DNA of 64,000 bases from an uncultured bacterium (GTDB taxonomy: Bacteria > Verrucomicrobiota > Verrucomicrobiia > Limisphaerales > UBA8199): positions 224,001 to 288,000 of the forward strand of contig CAVVMW010000022.1 of assembly GCA_963749495.1 (NCBI GenBank). Direction: 5' to 3'. A program made the translations under genes and the position numbers. Below the pieces are notes generated by a model. That model saw nothing but the letters and a program-made list of their open reading frames with translations, was not told where the DNA came from and did not search any database. Positions 19,125 through 31,283 of the stretch are shown piece after piece (position 1 is the first letter of the stretch; each line of letters starts with the position of its first letter).

Positions 19125-21803
19125 ATGGAACGTGCGCGCAGCCACACCTCCCTTCCGATTTGGGAGATTGAGCCGGCGATCGTCGAGGCGCTGGGCGGGG
19201 GCGGCCGGCTGGTGCTGTCGGCGCCGACCGGCTCCGGCAAGACCACGCAGGTGCCGCAGATGCTGCTGGATGCCGGGCTGGCGGGGGAGAAGAAGATCGT
19301 GGTGCTGCAACCGCGCCGCGTGGCCGCCCGGACCGTGGCGGCGCGGGTGGCCTGGGAGCGCGGGTGCCGGCTCGGCGCCGAGGTGGGTTACCAGGTGCGG
19401 TTCGACGACCAGACCAGCCTGGGCACGCGGATCAGTTATGTGACCGAAGGGATATTGCTGCGGCAATTGCAGGAGGCGCCGACCCTTCCGGAGGCGGGTG
19501 TGGTTATTTTCGACGAGTTCCACGAGCGGAACCTGATGAGCGACGTTGCCCTGGCCCTGGTCAAGCGCCTCCAGCAGCGGGAGCGGCCCGACCTCAAGCT
19601 GGCCGTGATGTCCGCCACGCTCGAGACCCAGCCCGTGGCGGAGTACCTGGCCCGGCCGCCGACAGGGGCGGCGCCGGTCCTCGAATCTGAGGGCCAGTGC
19701 TTCCCGGTCGAGGTGCGTTACCTGGATCAGCCCGATGAGCGCCCGGTCACGGAGCAGGCGGCCGATAGGGTCGAACAGATCGTCAACGCGGGCGAGCCCG
19801 GGGACATCCTGGTCTTCATGCCGGGCATGGGGGAGATCAACGGGACGATTGGGGCGTTGCGGGCCATCCGGGTACGCGAGCGGCTGGCCCTGATCCCGCT
19901 GCACGGCGAACTGCCGCCCGAACAGCAGGACCTGGCATTTGCCCCCAACCCGCTGCGCAAGGTGGTGGTGGCGACCAACGTGGCCGAGACCTCAATCACC
20001 ATCGATGGCATCCGGCACGTGGTGGACAGCGGGCTGGCGCGCGTTGCCCGCTACGAGCCCGAGCGGGGCCTGGGCACGCTCTTCATCGAGCCGATCAGCC
20101 GCGCCTCCGCCGAGCAGCGCAAGGGCCGCGCCGGCCGCACCGCGCCCGGAACCTGTCACCGGCTCTGGACCGAGAGCGGCCAATTGAACCGGCCCGAGCG
20201 CAACACCCCGGAGATCCAGCGCAGCGACCTGGCGGAGGTGGTTTTGCTCCTCCACTCGCTGGGCATCCGGCAGGCGGCCGCCTTCGACTGGCTGGACAAA
20301 CCGGACCCGCAGAGCGTCGAGCGCGCCGAGCAACTCCTGCGGACCCTGGGCGCGCTGCAACGCATCGAAGCGGCCGGACTCGCGCCAGAAACCCGCGACT
20401 CGGACGACTCGGACCTCACGCCAATCGGCCGGCAGATGCTCAAGCTGCCGATGCACCCGCGCTACTCGCGCATGCTCGTCGAGGCCGCCAGGCTCGGCTG
20501 CGTGCCCGCAGCCGCCTTGTGCGCCGCCCTGGTCGGCGGACGCGACCTGCTCATGCGCCTGGGGCGGGACGACCAGCACATTAAACAGGCCCGGGAATTG
20601 TTCGAGGCCAGCCAGGACTCGGATTTTCACACGCTGCTGCGGGCCTACCAGTTCGCGAAGAAAAACCGGTTCAGCCTCGAGACCTGCCGCCGCTACGGCA
20701 TCCACGCCCAAACCGCGCGCCAGGTCGAGCAGGCCCTCGACCAGATCCTCGAGATCGCCCGCCGGCAGGGTTTGGCCGGGGGACCTGGCGGGGCCGGGCC
20801 CGAGGCGGCAGGCTCAGAAGGGCAGGGGATGGGCCAACCCGGCGCCGGCCACGACCCGCTGCTGCGCTGCGTGATGACTGGGTTCATCGACCAACTCTGC
20901 ATCCGCCGCGACCAGGGGACGCTCGACTGCGAACTGACCGAAGGGCGGCACGGGACGTTGATGCGCGAGAGCGTCGTGCAGAACGCCCCGCTCTTCGTGG
21001 CCGCGAGCATCCGCGAGGTGTCCGGCCGCGGCTCGGACAACTTGACGTTGCTGGGCCTGGCCAGCGCGGTGAAACGGGAATGGGTGCAAGAGACGTTCCC
21101 CGAGCAGATCACGATCGGCGTCGAGCATCTTTTTGACCGCACGCACAAGCGAGTGGCCGCCGTCAGGCTGGTCCGGTTTCGCAACCTCGTCATCGACCAC
21201 GAACACCAACGCGAGACCGATGCGAAGGCCTCCGGCCTGAGCCTGGCCGAGGCGCATCGGAAAGGCTGGTTCGAACTCCCGCTCTTCAACCACGAAATCA
21301 AGCAACTCGCGGCCCGCGCCAATCTTGTCGCGGCAGTCATGCCCGAACTCGAGTTCCCCGCCTTTGACGAGGCGGGGTTGCTCGCCTGCCTGGCCGACGC
21401 GTTCGCAGGGCTCACCCTGGCCAAAGAGGCCCAGGCGGTCCCGTTGCTCCAGAGCTTCATCCGCCGCCTTGGCCAGGACCGTTTGGGCTGGCTCGACGAA
21501 TTGGCGCCGGGGAGCATCCCCTGGCCCGACGGCAGAAAACTCAAACTCCTCTACGCGGAACAGGCCCAGGACAAGGCCGGACAACCCGTCTCACCTGAAC
21601 TTCAGGTCAAACTGCACGACTGCTTCAGCCTCCACCAGCACCCGCGCCTCTGCGAAGGCCGGCTCCCGGTAAAGCTCTGGCTCTGCGCGCCCGATGGAAA
21701 ACGCCTCGAGCCGACGCTGGACTGGCCCGCGTTCAAGGCCGCGCGCTACCCCGCCCTCAAACCGGCGCTGCTCAAGAAGTACCCGGGAACAACGTGGCCC
21801 TAG
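19125..21803 (+). CDS. hrpB: HrpB-like DEAH-box RNA helicase
   Basis: APTGSGKTT, QPRRVAA, DEFHER, SAT, TNVAETSITI, QRKGRAGR; HrpB-type C-terminus. Confidence 0.88.
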   Translation: MERARSHTSLPIWEIEPAIVEALGGGGRLVLSAPTGSGKTTQVPQMLLDAGLAGEKKIVVLQPRRVAARTVAARVAWERGCRLGAEVGYQVRFDDQTSLGTRISYVTEGILLRQLQEAPTLPEAGVVIFDEFHERNLMSDVALALVKRLQQRERPDLKLAVMSATLETQPVAEYLARPPTGAAPVLESEGQCFPVEVRYLDQPDERPVTEQAADRVEQIVNAGEPGDILVFMPGMGEINGTIGALRAIRVRERLALIPLHGELPPEQQDLAFAPNPLRKVVVATNVAETSITIDGIRHVVDSGLARVARYEPERGLGTLFIEPISRASAEQRKGRAGRTAPGTCHRLWTESGQLNRPERNTPEIQRSDLAEVVLLLHSLGIRQAAAFDWLDKPDPQSVERAEQLLRTLGALQRIEAAGLAPETRDSDDSDLTPIGRQMLKLPMHPRYSRMLVEAARLGCVPAAALCAALVGGRDLLMRLGRDDQHIKQARELFEASQDSDFHTLLRAYQFAKKNRFSLETCRRYGIHAQTARQVEQALDQILEIARRQGLAGGPGGAGPEAAGSEGQGMGQPGAGHDPLLRCVMTGFIDQLCIRRDQGTLDCELTEGRHGTLMRESVVQNAPLFVAASIREVSGRGSDNLTLLGLASAVKREWVQETFPEQITIGVEHLFDRTHKRVAAVRLVRFRNLVIDHEHQRETDAKASGLSLAEAHRKGWFELPLFNHEIKQLAARANLVAAVMPELEFPAFDEAGLLACLADAFAGLTLAKEAQAVPLLQSFIRRLGQDRLGWLDELAPGSIPWPDGRKLKLLYAEQAQDKAGQPVSPELQVKLHDCFSLHQHPRLCEGRLPVKLWLCAPDGKRLEPTLDWPAFKAARYPALKPALLKKYPGTTWP

Positions 21804-21818
21804 GAAGTGCGGAGGGCG

Positions 21819-21916
21819 GAATGACGAATGACGAATGACGAATGACGAATGACGAAAAGGCGACTCAGCAACCGAGAGTCCCTTTTTCGTCATTCGTCAT
21901 TCGTCATTCGTCATTC
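21819..21916. repeat. Hairpin formed by inverted heptamer arrays
   Basis: (GAATGAC)5-GAAAAGG...CCTTTT-(TCGTCAT)4. Confidence 0.9.
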
Positions 21917-21955
21917 CTCGCTTGATTTACCTCTCCCACACCGTACTTTCGTCAG

Positions 21956-24950
<2,995 letters not shown>

Positions 24951-25064
24951 GGGGTCTGCCCCGTGATGCTCCCATCTTCATTGAGGCCCTGCCGCAGACG
25001 AATTGTCTGGCCTGGAGCCCTGCTTGTGCTACAAATGGGGCGGCAATAGCAACGCCTTGCTGCG

Positions 25065-25538
25065 ATGAAAATTACCGAAGCCTTGCTGGCCGAGCACTTG
25101 GTGTTCCACAACATGCTGGATCACATCGAGACGACCACGCCCAAGCTCAGGACCCTGCCGGAGATCAAATCGCTGGCCGCGCTGCTGGAATCCATGCTCA
25201 AGGCCCACTCGAACACAGAGGACGAGCTGTTCCTCGGGCCCCTCGAACACTGCTTCGAGCAATTGGGCCAGCGCGACGCCTTCCTGGCGGAGCACGAGGA
25301 AATGGACGGGCACCTCCGCCGCATCCGCGTAGTCAAGCGTCTCAAGGAGGCCCGCGCCCTGTTGCTCGCCGCCGTGCGCTACTCGCGCGAGCACTTCGAC
25401 AAAGAGGAACGCATCGTCTTTCCCATGGCCGAGCGCATTCTCAAGGCCCAGACCCTGACCGCCCTGGGCCAGACCTGGATGCAGCAGCGCATGGACACCT
25501 CCGTCTGCGCCAATTGCGAAAACAAGGTCTGTGTCTGA
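25065..25538 (+). CDS. Hemerythrin/HHE-domain protein
   Basis: EH...HSNTEDELF...EHEE...HFDKEE. Confidence 0.85.
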   Translation: MKITEALLAEHLVFHNMLDHIETTTPKLRTLPEIKSLAALLESMLKAHSNTEDELFLGPLEHCFEQLGQRDAFLAEHEEMDGHLRRIRVVKRLKEARALLLAAVRYSREHFDKEERIVFPMAERILKAQTLTALGQTWMQQRMDTSVCANCENKVCV

Positions 25539-25539
25539 G

Positions 25540-25762
25540 CCCCGCAGCAGAATCATTGAGCAGAATCATTTTTGGCAAAATCATTACAGAAGAATTCTTT
25601 TCCAATGATTTTGCCAACAATGATTCTGCCTTTTCCCCACCCAATCATTTTGCTCAAGCCCGCAGCGGAATCATTTTTGGCAAAATCATTACAGAAGAAT
25701 TCTTTTCCAATGCTTTTGCCAAGAATGATTCTGCTCTCTCCCCTCCCAATCATTCTGCTCAG
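25540..25762. repeat. Tandem pair of ~110-bp AT-rich hairpin units (AATCATT/AATGATT based)
   Basis: GAATCATTTTTGGCAAAATCATT...AATGATTTTGCCAACAATGATTC occurs twice. Confidence 0.85.
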
Positions 25763-27837
25763 GGCGTGGGGCGCAGGTTGCGGTAGGTCGCCAGGGCCAG
25801 GAGGGGCCAACTGTTCCGGTACATATCGTATTTAAGGTAGAAGACCTTGGGAAAGCCGGTCCCGGTGGCCTCGTTTTCGGTCCAGGAGCCGTCGGCGTTT
25901 TGGGTCTCGACCAGGTACTGGATGCCGCGTTGGAGGCTGGGGCGGTGCGGGTTGTCGAAGGCGCACAGGCCCATAACGGCCCAGGCCGTTTGGGAGGCGG
26001 TCGAAGGGCCCTGGCCTTTGAAGACGGGGTCGTCGTACGTGTTGCACCGTTCGCCCCAGCCGCCGTCGGGGTGCTGGATGCTCTCGAACCAATCGCGGGC
26101 CTTGAGGATCCAGGGCTGGGACATGTCGAGGTTGAGTGCGCGGAGTCCGCGCAGGACCTGCCAGGTGCCGTAGATGTAGTTGACGCCCCAGCGCCCGTAC
26201 CAGGAGCCGTCCTGTTCCTGGTGCTCGCGCAGGAAGCGCAGGGCCTTTTGGACCTGGGGATGGTCGAGGCTGTAGGCCAGGTAACCGAGCAATTCCAGGA
26301 TGCGCGCGGTGATGTCCGCGCATTCCGGGTCGAGCATCGCGTTGTGATCGGCAAAGGGGACCTTCTCCAGCACGCCCTTGGTGCAGTCCTTGTCGAAGGC
26401 CGCCCACCCGCCGTCCCGGCACTGAAAGGTGAGCATCCACTTGAGCCCGCGCTCAAAGGCCTCGTCGCGCCGGGCCGGGTCGCCGGTCGGAATCTGGCGC
26501 AGGGCCAGCAGCACCATCGCCGTGTCGTCCACGTCCGGGTTCCATTTGTTTTGGAATTCGAAGACCCAGCCGCTCGGTTCGACCTTGGCCGGGTTCTTGT
26601 ACTGCCAATCGCCTCGAAAGCGGATTTCCTTGGAAAGGAGCCACTCGGCGGCCTTTTCGAGCGCGGGATGCTCGCCGGCCAGGCCGGATTGGCGCAGGCA
26701 GTTGGCGACGATCGCCGTGTCCCACACCGGCGAGAGGCAGGGTTCGACGCGGACAGAATGTTCGGTTTGGTGTTCGAGCATTTGGAGTTGGCGTTCGCCC
26801 CGCAGCACCTGGGGGTGGTCATCGGCATAGCCGAGCGCCTTGAGGGCGATGAGCGAGTTGACGATGCCCGGGAAGATAGCGGCCAGGCCATCGGACCCCT
26901 CGAAGCGTTCGAGCATCCATTGCTCGGCCCGGCGCAAGGCGCGTTTGCGGAAAGGGTGGATGCCGTTCTCGGCAAACCACTCGGCGAACTTGTGTACGCG
27001 ATCCAGCCAGAGGAAGAAATTGCGCCAGGTGATGCGCTCGGGGTCGGGGGCCAGCGCCAAATCACGCTCGTGGATGCCCTCGGGATAGAGTTCGTCCAGG
27101 TTGACGTTGTTCCTGGGAGGCCGCGTGGGCTTGAAGTGATTGATGATGGCCAGGGGAACCAGCATCGAGCGGCTCCAGGAACTCATTTCGTTGAAGTTCA
27201 CATAGAACCACTTGCCGATGAGGATGACTTCGCAGGGGATCGTGGGCACGTATTCCCAGGGAAAGAGCCCCAGCAGCGCCAGAAAGAGCTTCGAGAAGGT
27301 GTTCATCCGGGGCACACCCCCCAGGTTCAGCGCCACTTCACGGGCCCGCAGCATCCGCGCATCGGTCACCGGCACGCCCGCCAGCTTCAAACCCAGGTAT
27401 GCCTTGATCGTCGCATTGACCTCCGCCGGCCCCCCGTAGTAAGTGCTCCACCCCCCATCCGCCAACTGCAAGGAAAAGATATGATTCACCGCCTTCCGCT
27501 GCCATTCCGCATCCACCTTTCCGTCCCAATGGCGATAGGCTATCATGTCGGCCACCAGGGTGACATCCACGATCAATTCCCCAATCCAATACCCCTCCGG
27601 CCGCTGCTGGCCCAGCAAGCAGGCCCGCGACCGCCCTATCGCGGCCTCCACTTCGTCGTCATGCCCAAACCCTGACGCCGCCTGACGCGATTCTTTCTCC
27701 ACGGCAGCCTTTCGCAACGATGCGACTTCCACGCCCGATATTTTGCTGGCCGGAACCTGAACTGTAAAGGAATAATTGGGATTCGGCAGGGCGCATCTCT
27801 CCCGTACCACCATCCACGGAAGCACGGCGGGCATCAC
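25759..27837 (-). CDS. shc: Squalene-hopene cyclase (true start probably somewhat downstream of 27837)
   Basis: QW repeats (QLADGGW, QEQDGSW, QHPDGGW), DVDDTA catalytic motif, GRWGVNYIYGT. Confidence 0.95.
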   Translation of the reverse strand: MMPAVLPWMVVRERCALPNPNYSFTVQVPASKISGVEVASLRKAAVEKESRQAASGFGHDDEVEAAIGRSRACLLGQQRPEGYWIGELIVDVTLVADMIAYRHWDGKVDAEWQRKAVNHIFSLQLADGGWSTYYGGPAEVNATIKAYLGLKLAGVPVTDARMLRAREVALNLGGVPRMNTFSKLFLALLGLFPWEYVPTIPCEVILIGKWFYVNFNEMSSWSRSMLVPLAIINHFKPTRPPRNNVNLDELYPEGIHERDLALAPDPERITWRNFFLWLDRVHKFAEWFAENGIHPFRKRALRRAEQWMLERFEGSDGLAAIFPGIVNSLIALKALGYADDHPQVLRGERQLQMLEHQTEHSVRVEPCLSPVWDTAIVANCLRQSGLAGEHPALEKAAEWLLSKEIRFRGDWQYKNPAKVEPSGWVFEFQNKWNPDVDDTAMVLLALRQIPTGDPARRDEAFERGLKWMLTFQCRDGGWAAFDKDCTKGVLEKVPFADHNAMLDPECADITARILELLGYLAYSLDHPQVQKALRFLREHQEQDGSWYGRWGVNYIYGTWQVLRGLRALNLDMSQPWILKARDWFESIQHPDGGWGERCNTYDDPVFKGQGPSTASQTAWAVMGLCAFDNPHRPSLQRGIQYLVETQNADGSWTENEATGTGFPKVFYLKYDMYRNSWPLLALATYRNLRPTP

Positions 27838-27853
27838 TCTATTCCGTCCAATT

Positions 27854-28083
27854 CATCCCGTAGGGATGAGAGACGGTAGCCGGGGGTCGAAGCGCAGCGA
27901 GACCCCCGGTGCGGCGACGGCGGATGTCTGCATCCCGGAGGGATGCCAGAAAGGGTGCCTGCCCTCTGATGCGCGGGCTTCTGGCACCCCGTTCCGGGGT
28001 CCAGGCCCCTTCTTTCTGGCCGCGAACCGGGGGTCTCGCTGCGCTTCGACCCCCGGCTGCCGTCTGGCAACCCTCTGGGTTGC
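27854..28083. repeat. REP-like nested palindrome
   Basis: CCGGGGGTCGAAGCGCAGCGAGACCCCCGG and its inverse, with CATCCC...GGGATG hairpins. Confidence 0.85.
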
Positions 28084-28272
28084 AGAGCATCCGCGCGGCC
28101 TGCGCTCTCGTCTGCGACTCCTCTTCTTGTGGTGGTACGGTGAAGATGCGCCCATTCGGCAGGGCGCATCCGCACACCGCCCCTGGAGCGCCGACTTTCA
28201 GTCGGCTTTGTGCCCACCATCCCCTCTGTCGCACCCTCGTGAAAGCCGGACGTCCTAAGCCGACTGCAAGTC

Positions 28273-28539
28273 CAATGTCACTAGGATTTGACGCCCAACT
28301 CCGAGGCGTGCCCCGGCCAAGTGCTTGTCCCGGAGGGACATTCGACAATAGCCCAACGTTTCAACGTTGGGTAGGAGCGCCCAAACCCTCACAAGTCCCG
28401 AAGGGACGGCTGAAGAGAGGGCCGATGTCAGCCGTCCCTTCGGGACTTGTTCGGGCTTTGTATGGCTGAACCCAACGTTGAAACGTTGGGCTATTCTCAT
28501 ACGTCCCTCCGGGACGAGCATGAAATCCTAATGACATTG
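28273..28539. mobile_element. 267-bp MITE (IS4-like ends) carrying REP family A, inserted in another REP
   Basis: 17-bp TIR CAATGTCACTAGGATTT / AAATCCTAATGACATTG; 11-bp TSD GACTGCAAGTC at 28262 and 28540. Confidence 0.85.
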
Positions 28540-28572
28540 GACTGCAAGTCGGCGCTCCGGTCCTTCCGCATC

Positions 28573-29028
28573 GGTTGCGGCGTACACTGAAGGGGCGCTG
28601 CTCCAGGGCGGCGTCGAGCCACCTTGGGCGCGCGTGGTGGGCGGCCTGGCGCTGGGGAGCGAGGCTCTCGCGCAGCGACTCAGGGGCGGAGCCCGCGGCA
28701 ACCCGCGTGAGCAAGCATCGCTCCGGAGCGCGCCCGAGGCCTCGGCCTGGCCGAGGATCCTCTCCGCCTTGGAGCAAGCCAAGGGCGAAAGCTGGAGCAG
28801 CTTCGCCGAGCGGCATGGCGACTGGGGCCGCGACGCGGTGCTGTGGCTGGGGCGGCGAACCGCCCGCTTCCCCTTGGCCGGACTGGGCAAGTCAACTGGC
28901 GGTTTGGACTACGCCGTAGTGAGCAAAGCCCTCGCCCGCTTTGGCCGGCGCCTCGAAGCCGATCCCCGCCTGCGAGAAGAAATAGCCGCAGTCCGGGACC
29001 GATTGTCCAAATGACAAGACCTGACCCC
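28573..29028 (+). pseudogene. 3' half and right end of a type A Y1-HTH element
   Basis: GRDAVLWLGRR...GGLDYAVVSKAL (DnaA domain IV-like); end TTGTCCAAATGACAAGACCTGACCCC. Confidence 0.85.
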
Positions 29029-29085
29029 AATGGGTTGCGCGCTCCTGTCTTGACGAGGCACGGCGACAGGCGCAGACTCCGGCCC

Positions 29086-29280
29086 ATGAAACGCACACGC
29101 GAAATTGTCATCCGCGTTCCGGCCAAGTTGACGCGCTATGTGGCCCTGGAGAAGGGCACGTTCAAGACCGTGGGCCACGGCCGCACGCTGGCGGCAGCGT
29201 TGGATCGCGCAGCCAAGAACGGCCACGCGGAAGCGGCGGCGATGTGGATTCCGCAGCCAGGCCACCGCTACATTTTCTGA
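29086..29280 (+). CDS. Small protein, DUF5678-like
   Basis: YVALEKG...VGHGRTLAAALDRAAKNG; directly upstream of a retropepsin. Confidence 0.6.
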   Translation: MKRTREIVIRVPAKLTRYVALEKGTFKTVGHGRTLAAALDRAAKNGHAEAAAMWIPQPGHRYIF

Positions 29281-29284
29281 GGCT

Positions 29285-29728
29285 ATGCCTGCGGCGGTCT
29301 ATCCTTTCACGCGCTTCGTCTATCCGGGCGGCCAGAAGGATCGGCGCGCCTACGCCCGTCTGCCGCTGCGCATCACCAATCCCCACACGCGGCAGACCCT
29401 GGTGACTTGGGGGTTGGTCGATACGGGGGCGGACTTGACGCTGCTGCCGGGAGAACTGGCCGTGCGCTTGGGACACAAACTCCAGGGCAAAGGGGTTAAG
29501 CGGAGCGTGACCGCCGGCATCGAGCAAACCAAGGTCTTCGCCTATGCCCACACCTTTCGAATCGAATTGCTCTCCGCCGACCTGGCCCGTGTCGTCTGGT
29601 CCACGGGCCGGCGCAGATTCGATTGCGTCGCCAGCAACCCGCCGCTGTTGGTGGGCGTGGAAGATTTCTTGAAGCACTTCCGGCTGCTGGTGGACTACCG
29701 CGCCAAGAGCTTGCGGTTGTCCTGGTGA
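29285..29728 (+). CDS. Retropepsin-like aspartyl protease
   Basis: GLVDTGADLTLLP and LLVGVEDFLKHF. Confidence 0.8.
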   Translation: MPAAVYPFTRFVYPGGQKDRRAYARLPLRITNPHTRQTLVTWGLVDTGADLTLLPGELAVRLGHKLQGKGVKRSVTAGIEQTKVFAYAHTFRIELLSADLARVVWSTGRRRFDCVASNPPLLVGVEDFLKHFRLLVDYRAKSLRLSW

Positions 29729-29880
29729 ACGGCTTCCGCATGAGGTTCCACGGCAGCCACCACATTTTCACCCGCCCGGGCGTACGGAAGCGGCTCAACC
29801 TCCAGCGCGGGAGTTCCCACGCCGGGCCGTACCAGGTTCGACAAGTCCGCCGAATTCTGGCAACCTACCGACTGTTATGA
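29725..29880 (+). pseudogene. HicA-like toxin fragment lacking its N-terminus
   Basis: GFRMRFHGSHHIF...PYQVRQV. Confidence 0.7.
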
Positions 29881-29939
29881 ATACCGGGAACAGATAATGC
29901 CCAAGCCGCGCCGATGCGCCACGAGGCGAGGGGAACATC

Positions 29940-30733
29940 GGGGTCAGATCTTGTCATTTGGACAAATTGGAGCTTGACGGGGCGGACCATCGCTGGTTCG
30001 ATAGGCTGATGGCACGGGCGTTGCGCATCGAACGGCCCGGTGCGCGCTGCCACGTCACGGCGCGCGGGAACGACCGCAGGGACGTCTTCCGCGACGACAC
30101 CGACCATTTTCACTTTTTGGAATTACTCAGCGAGTTGGGAGAGCGTTTTGGCGCGAGGGTTCACGCCTATGTGCTGATCCGCGGGTATGCCGGTTACCGG
30201 GCGCCTCTGGCGTGGGTGTGGCAGGATCCGCTGGGTCGGTTGTGCGGCGGCAACAGTCTGCAGGAGCAACGGGCCGCGCTCAGGGCCTATACCGAGAGCG
30301 CAGTGCTTCAAGGTGGCGTCGAGCCACCCTGGGAGCGGGTGCTGGACGGAATCGTGTTTGGCAGCGCAGCCTTTGCGCAACAGCTTCGGCGCGAAGCCCG
30401 CGGCAACCCGCGGGAGCAAAAAGCCCTGAGGGGCGCGCCCACGGCGCCGAGATGGGCGCAGATCGTCTCGGCGTTGGAACAGATCAAGAGGGAAAGTTGG
30501 GCGACGTTTGCGAATCGCCACGGCGATTGGGGCCGCGACGCGGCGCTGTGGCTGGGGCGGCGAACCGCCCGCTTCCCCTTGGCCGGGCTGGGCAAGTCAA
30601 CTGGTGGTTTGGACCACGCCGTAGTGAGCAAAGCCCTCGCCCGCTTTGGCCGGCGCCTCGAAGCCGCTCCCCGCCTGCGAGCAGAAATACCCGCAATCCG
30701 GGACCGATTGTCCAAATGACAAGACATGACCCC
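29940..30733 (+). mobile_element. Type A Y1-HTH element with both ends and an internal deletion
   Basis: 26-bp IR GGGGTCAGATCTTGTCATTTGGACAA / TTGTCCAAATGACAAGACATGACCCC. Confidence 0.88.
30009..30719 (+). CDS. Y1 transposase derivative with in-frame loss of the HUH motif and catalytic Tyr; HTH retained
   Basis: MARALRIERPGARCHVTARGN...VHAYVLI joined directly to RGYAGY; the NHxH, GRY and YxHLNP segments are absent. Confidence 0.75.
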   Translation: MARALRIERPGARCHVTARGNDRRDVFRDDTDHFHFLELLSELGERFGARVHAYVLIRGYAGYRAPLAWVWQDPLGRLCGGNSLQEQRAALRAYTESAVLQGGVEPPWERVLDGIVFGSAAFAQQLRREARGNPREQKALRGAPTAPRWAQIVSALEQIKRESWATFANRHGDWGRDAALWLGRRTARFPLAGLGKSTGGLDHAVVSKALARFGRRLEAAPRLRAEIPAIRDRLSK

Positions 30734-30792
30734 AATGGGTTTGCCGGGGTTTTGCGCCTTGACCCACTGATTGGCCAAGGCCCCAGGTTCAC

Positions 30793-30943
30793 CGCGTAGC
30801 GGTGCCCGATGGTAGCCGTGGACTTCAGTCCACGGACCCATGGCCCGAGCTAAACCGCGTCGCGTAGCGACGCTTGAAAGCCGGGGTGCTGTCAGGCGCC
30901 GCTACGCGACGCGGGCCCGTTCGGACGCCGCAAACCGTGGACC
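30793..30943. repeat. REP-like palindrome (GTAGCCGTGGACTTCAGTCCACGG family), right arm truncated
   Basis: CGTCGCGTAGCGACG / CGCCGCTACGCGACG inner hairpins. Confidence 0.75.
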
Positions 30944-31018
30944 GAGGGCCCTGTCGTTACCCACATCATTGAAGTTGAAGGGGTCAAACCATAACTTTTC
31001 ACTTGACGGGACGCCAGG

Positions 31019-31283
31019 CGTTGGCGCTCACTTGTTTTGACCAATTCTGCTCAGATAAACTGATCCAGCCGTTGGGCGGCACCTTCCCTTTCCAAGTAGT
31101 GATTCCCTCCCCACAGGTTGTGGTGCCTCGGCCGGTCAGCTCGGAGCCACGTATTGAGCGATAACGATAAGTTTAGGCGCCTAAACACCACAATGTGCCC
31201 TTGACGTTGGCGGCCCGCTTCTTGTGCGAAAGGTGGGTCAATTTAGGTGAGCAGAGGTGGGTCAATTCTCGTGAGCGGTATCG
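31019..31283. mobile_element. 265-bp IS21-like miniature element
   Basis: Ends CGTTGGCGCTCAC / GTGAGCGGTATCG with doubled subterminal GGTGGGTCAATT-type motifs. Confidence 0.7.

Noticed and set aside
27781..28170. 17-bp direct repeat ATTCGGCAGGGCGCATC as att sites
   Set aside because: It encloses only a REP, with no tRNA or adjacent integrase; it may be a local duplication.
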